From Dendrobates tinctorius (Eukaryota), in assembly GCF_039654945.1 (NCBI RefSeq), contig NW_027361968.1, positions 1,984,001-2,048,000 on the forward strand: a DNA stretch of 64,000 bases. The letters are read 5' to 3'. The notes beneath the pieces were generated by a model, which worked only from the letters and a program-made list of their open reading frames with translations, had not been told where the DNA came from and ran no database searches. The translations under genes were made by a program, and so were the position numbers. Below, one piece after another: positions 63,419 through 64,000 of this stretch (positions within the stretch are counted from its first letter, which is position 1; each line of letters begins with the position of its first letter).

Positions 63419-64000
63419 GGTGGGGTCCACCCAGTGTGGTCAGAAGGTGGCACAATCCAGTAGGACCAGGACGGAGGGCACCCCTGATGGTGGAGATGCC
63501 TGGTCCATGGTCAATATCTTTATGATCCTCATTTGATCATTTCTAGCTCTGTGATTGGCCGATCCCCGCACTAGAGTCATCCAATGACGAAATTCTCCAC
63601 AAGTTTAGAAAAGCCTCGTCCTATAATCTGTCGCGTGAGTGACCTCAGACAGTCATCGTGTCTGTAGTTTGGGTTTCCTCCAAAAATAAAGCGTATGATG
63701 CATAGAATGAGCTTAAAGGGTTGGTCCTGTGTCTTCTTACAGGGGCTCTCCTGGACTGGGATCCTGATGACCATGAACGACCTCTACAAAGTGTTTATTG
63801 GGGGTCGTTCCGGGTCCACTCACCGTGATCTTCATTGTGTCCTCTGGATAAATGTATCGTCCTAAGACTCACACGTCAGTGACACACGGACCGCCCAGTA
63901 CCGGACCACTGGGTCTCCTCACCTGAGCTGCCTCTGTGGTCTGGACGGACACTGACCTAAGCGCGGTCAATGTTTCACACGCGTTAGGACACTGGCCCAA

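Overview
Vertebrate genomic DNA, most likely from a frog (inferred from the elovl8-type gene, Tc1/L2/Tx1-type repeats and satellite-filled introns). Four spliced genes lie on the + strand. (1) The 3' 18 exons of PFAS (45-16630). (2) A complete 265-aa elovl8-type fatty-acid elongase (24559-34206). (3, 4) Two tandem prostasin/PRSS27-like trypsin-family serine proteases (46073-50150 and 54829-63418). Introns and intergenic DNA hold about ten tandem-repeat families, five Tc1 copies or fragments, two L2 LINE copies, a probable solo LTR and a MITE. The most notable observations are as follows. (a) A ~5.2-kb intronic satellite has ~86 co-oriented 61-bp units. The typical unit matches the extended CTCF motif (core plus upstream module at the canonical spacing). 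(b) An intact ORF1-only, ZCCHC3/Tx1-like retroelement of 918 aa with no ORF2 is inserted in a 35-bp satellite inside a 9.2-kb GC-AG intron of PFAS. (c) The second protease has lost both cysteines of the inter-chain disulfide, and its GPI-type tail is out of frame. (d) An L2 3' tail abuts an elovl8 splice acceptor. All calls were made by eye from the sequence; no searches were run.
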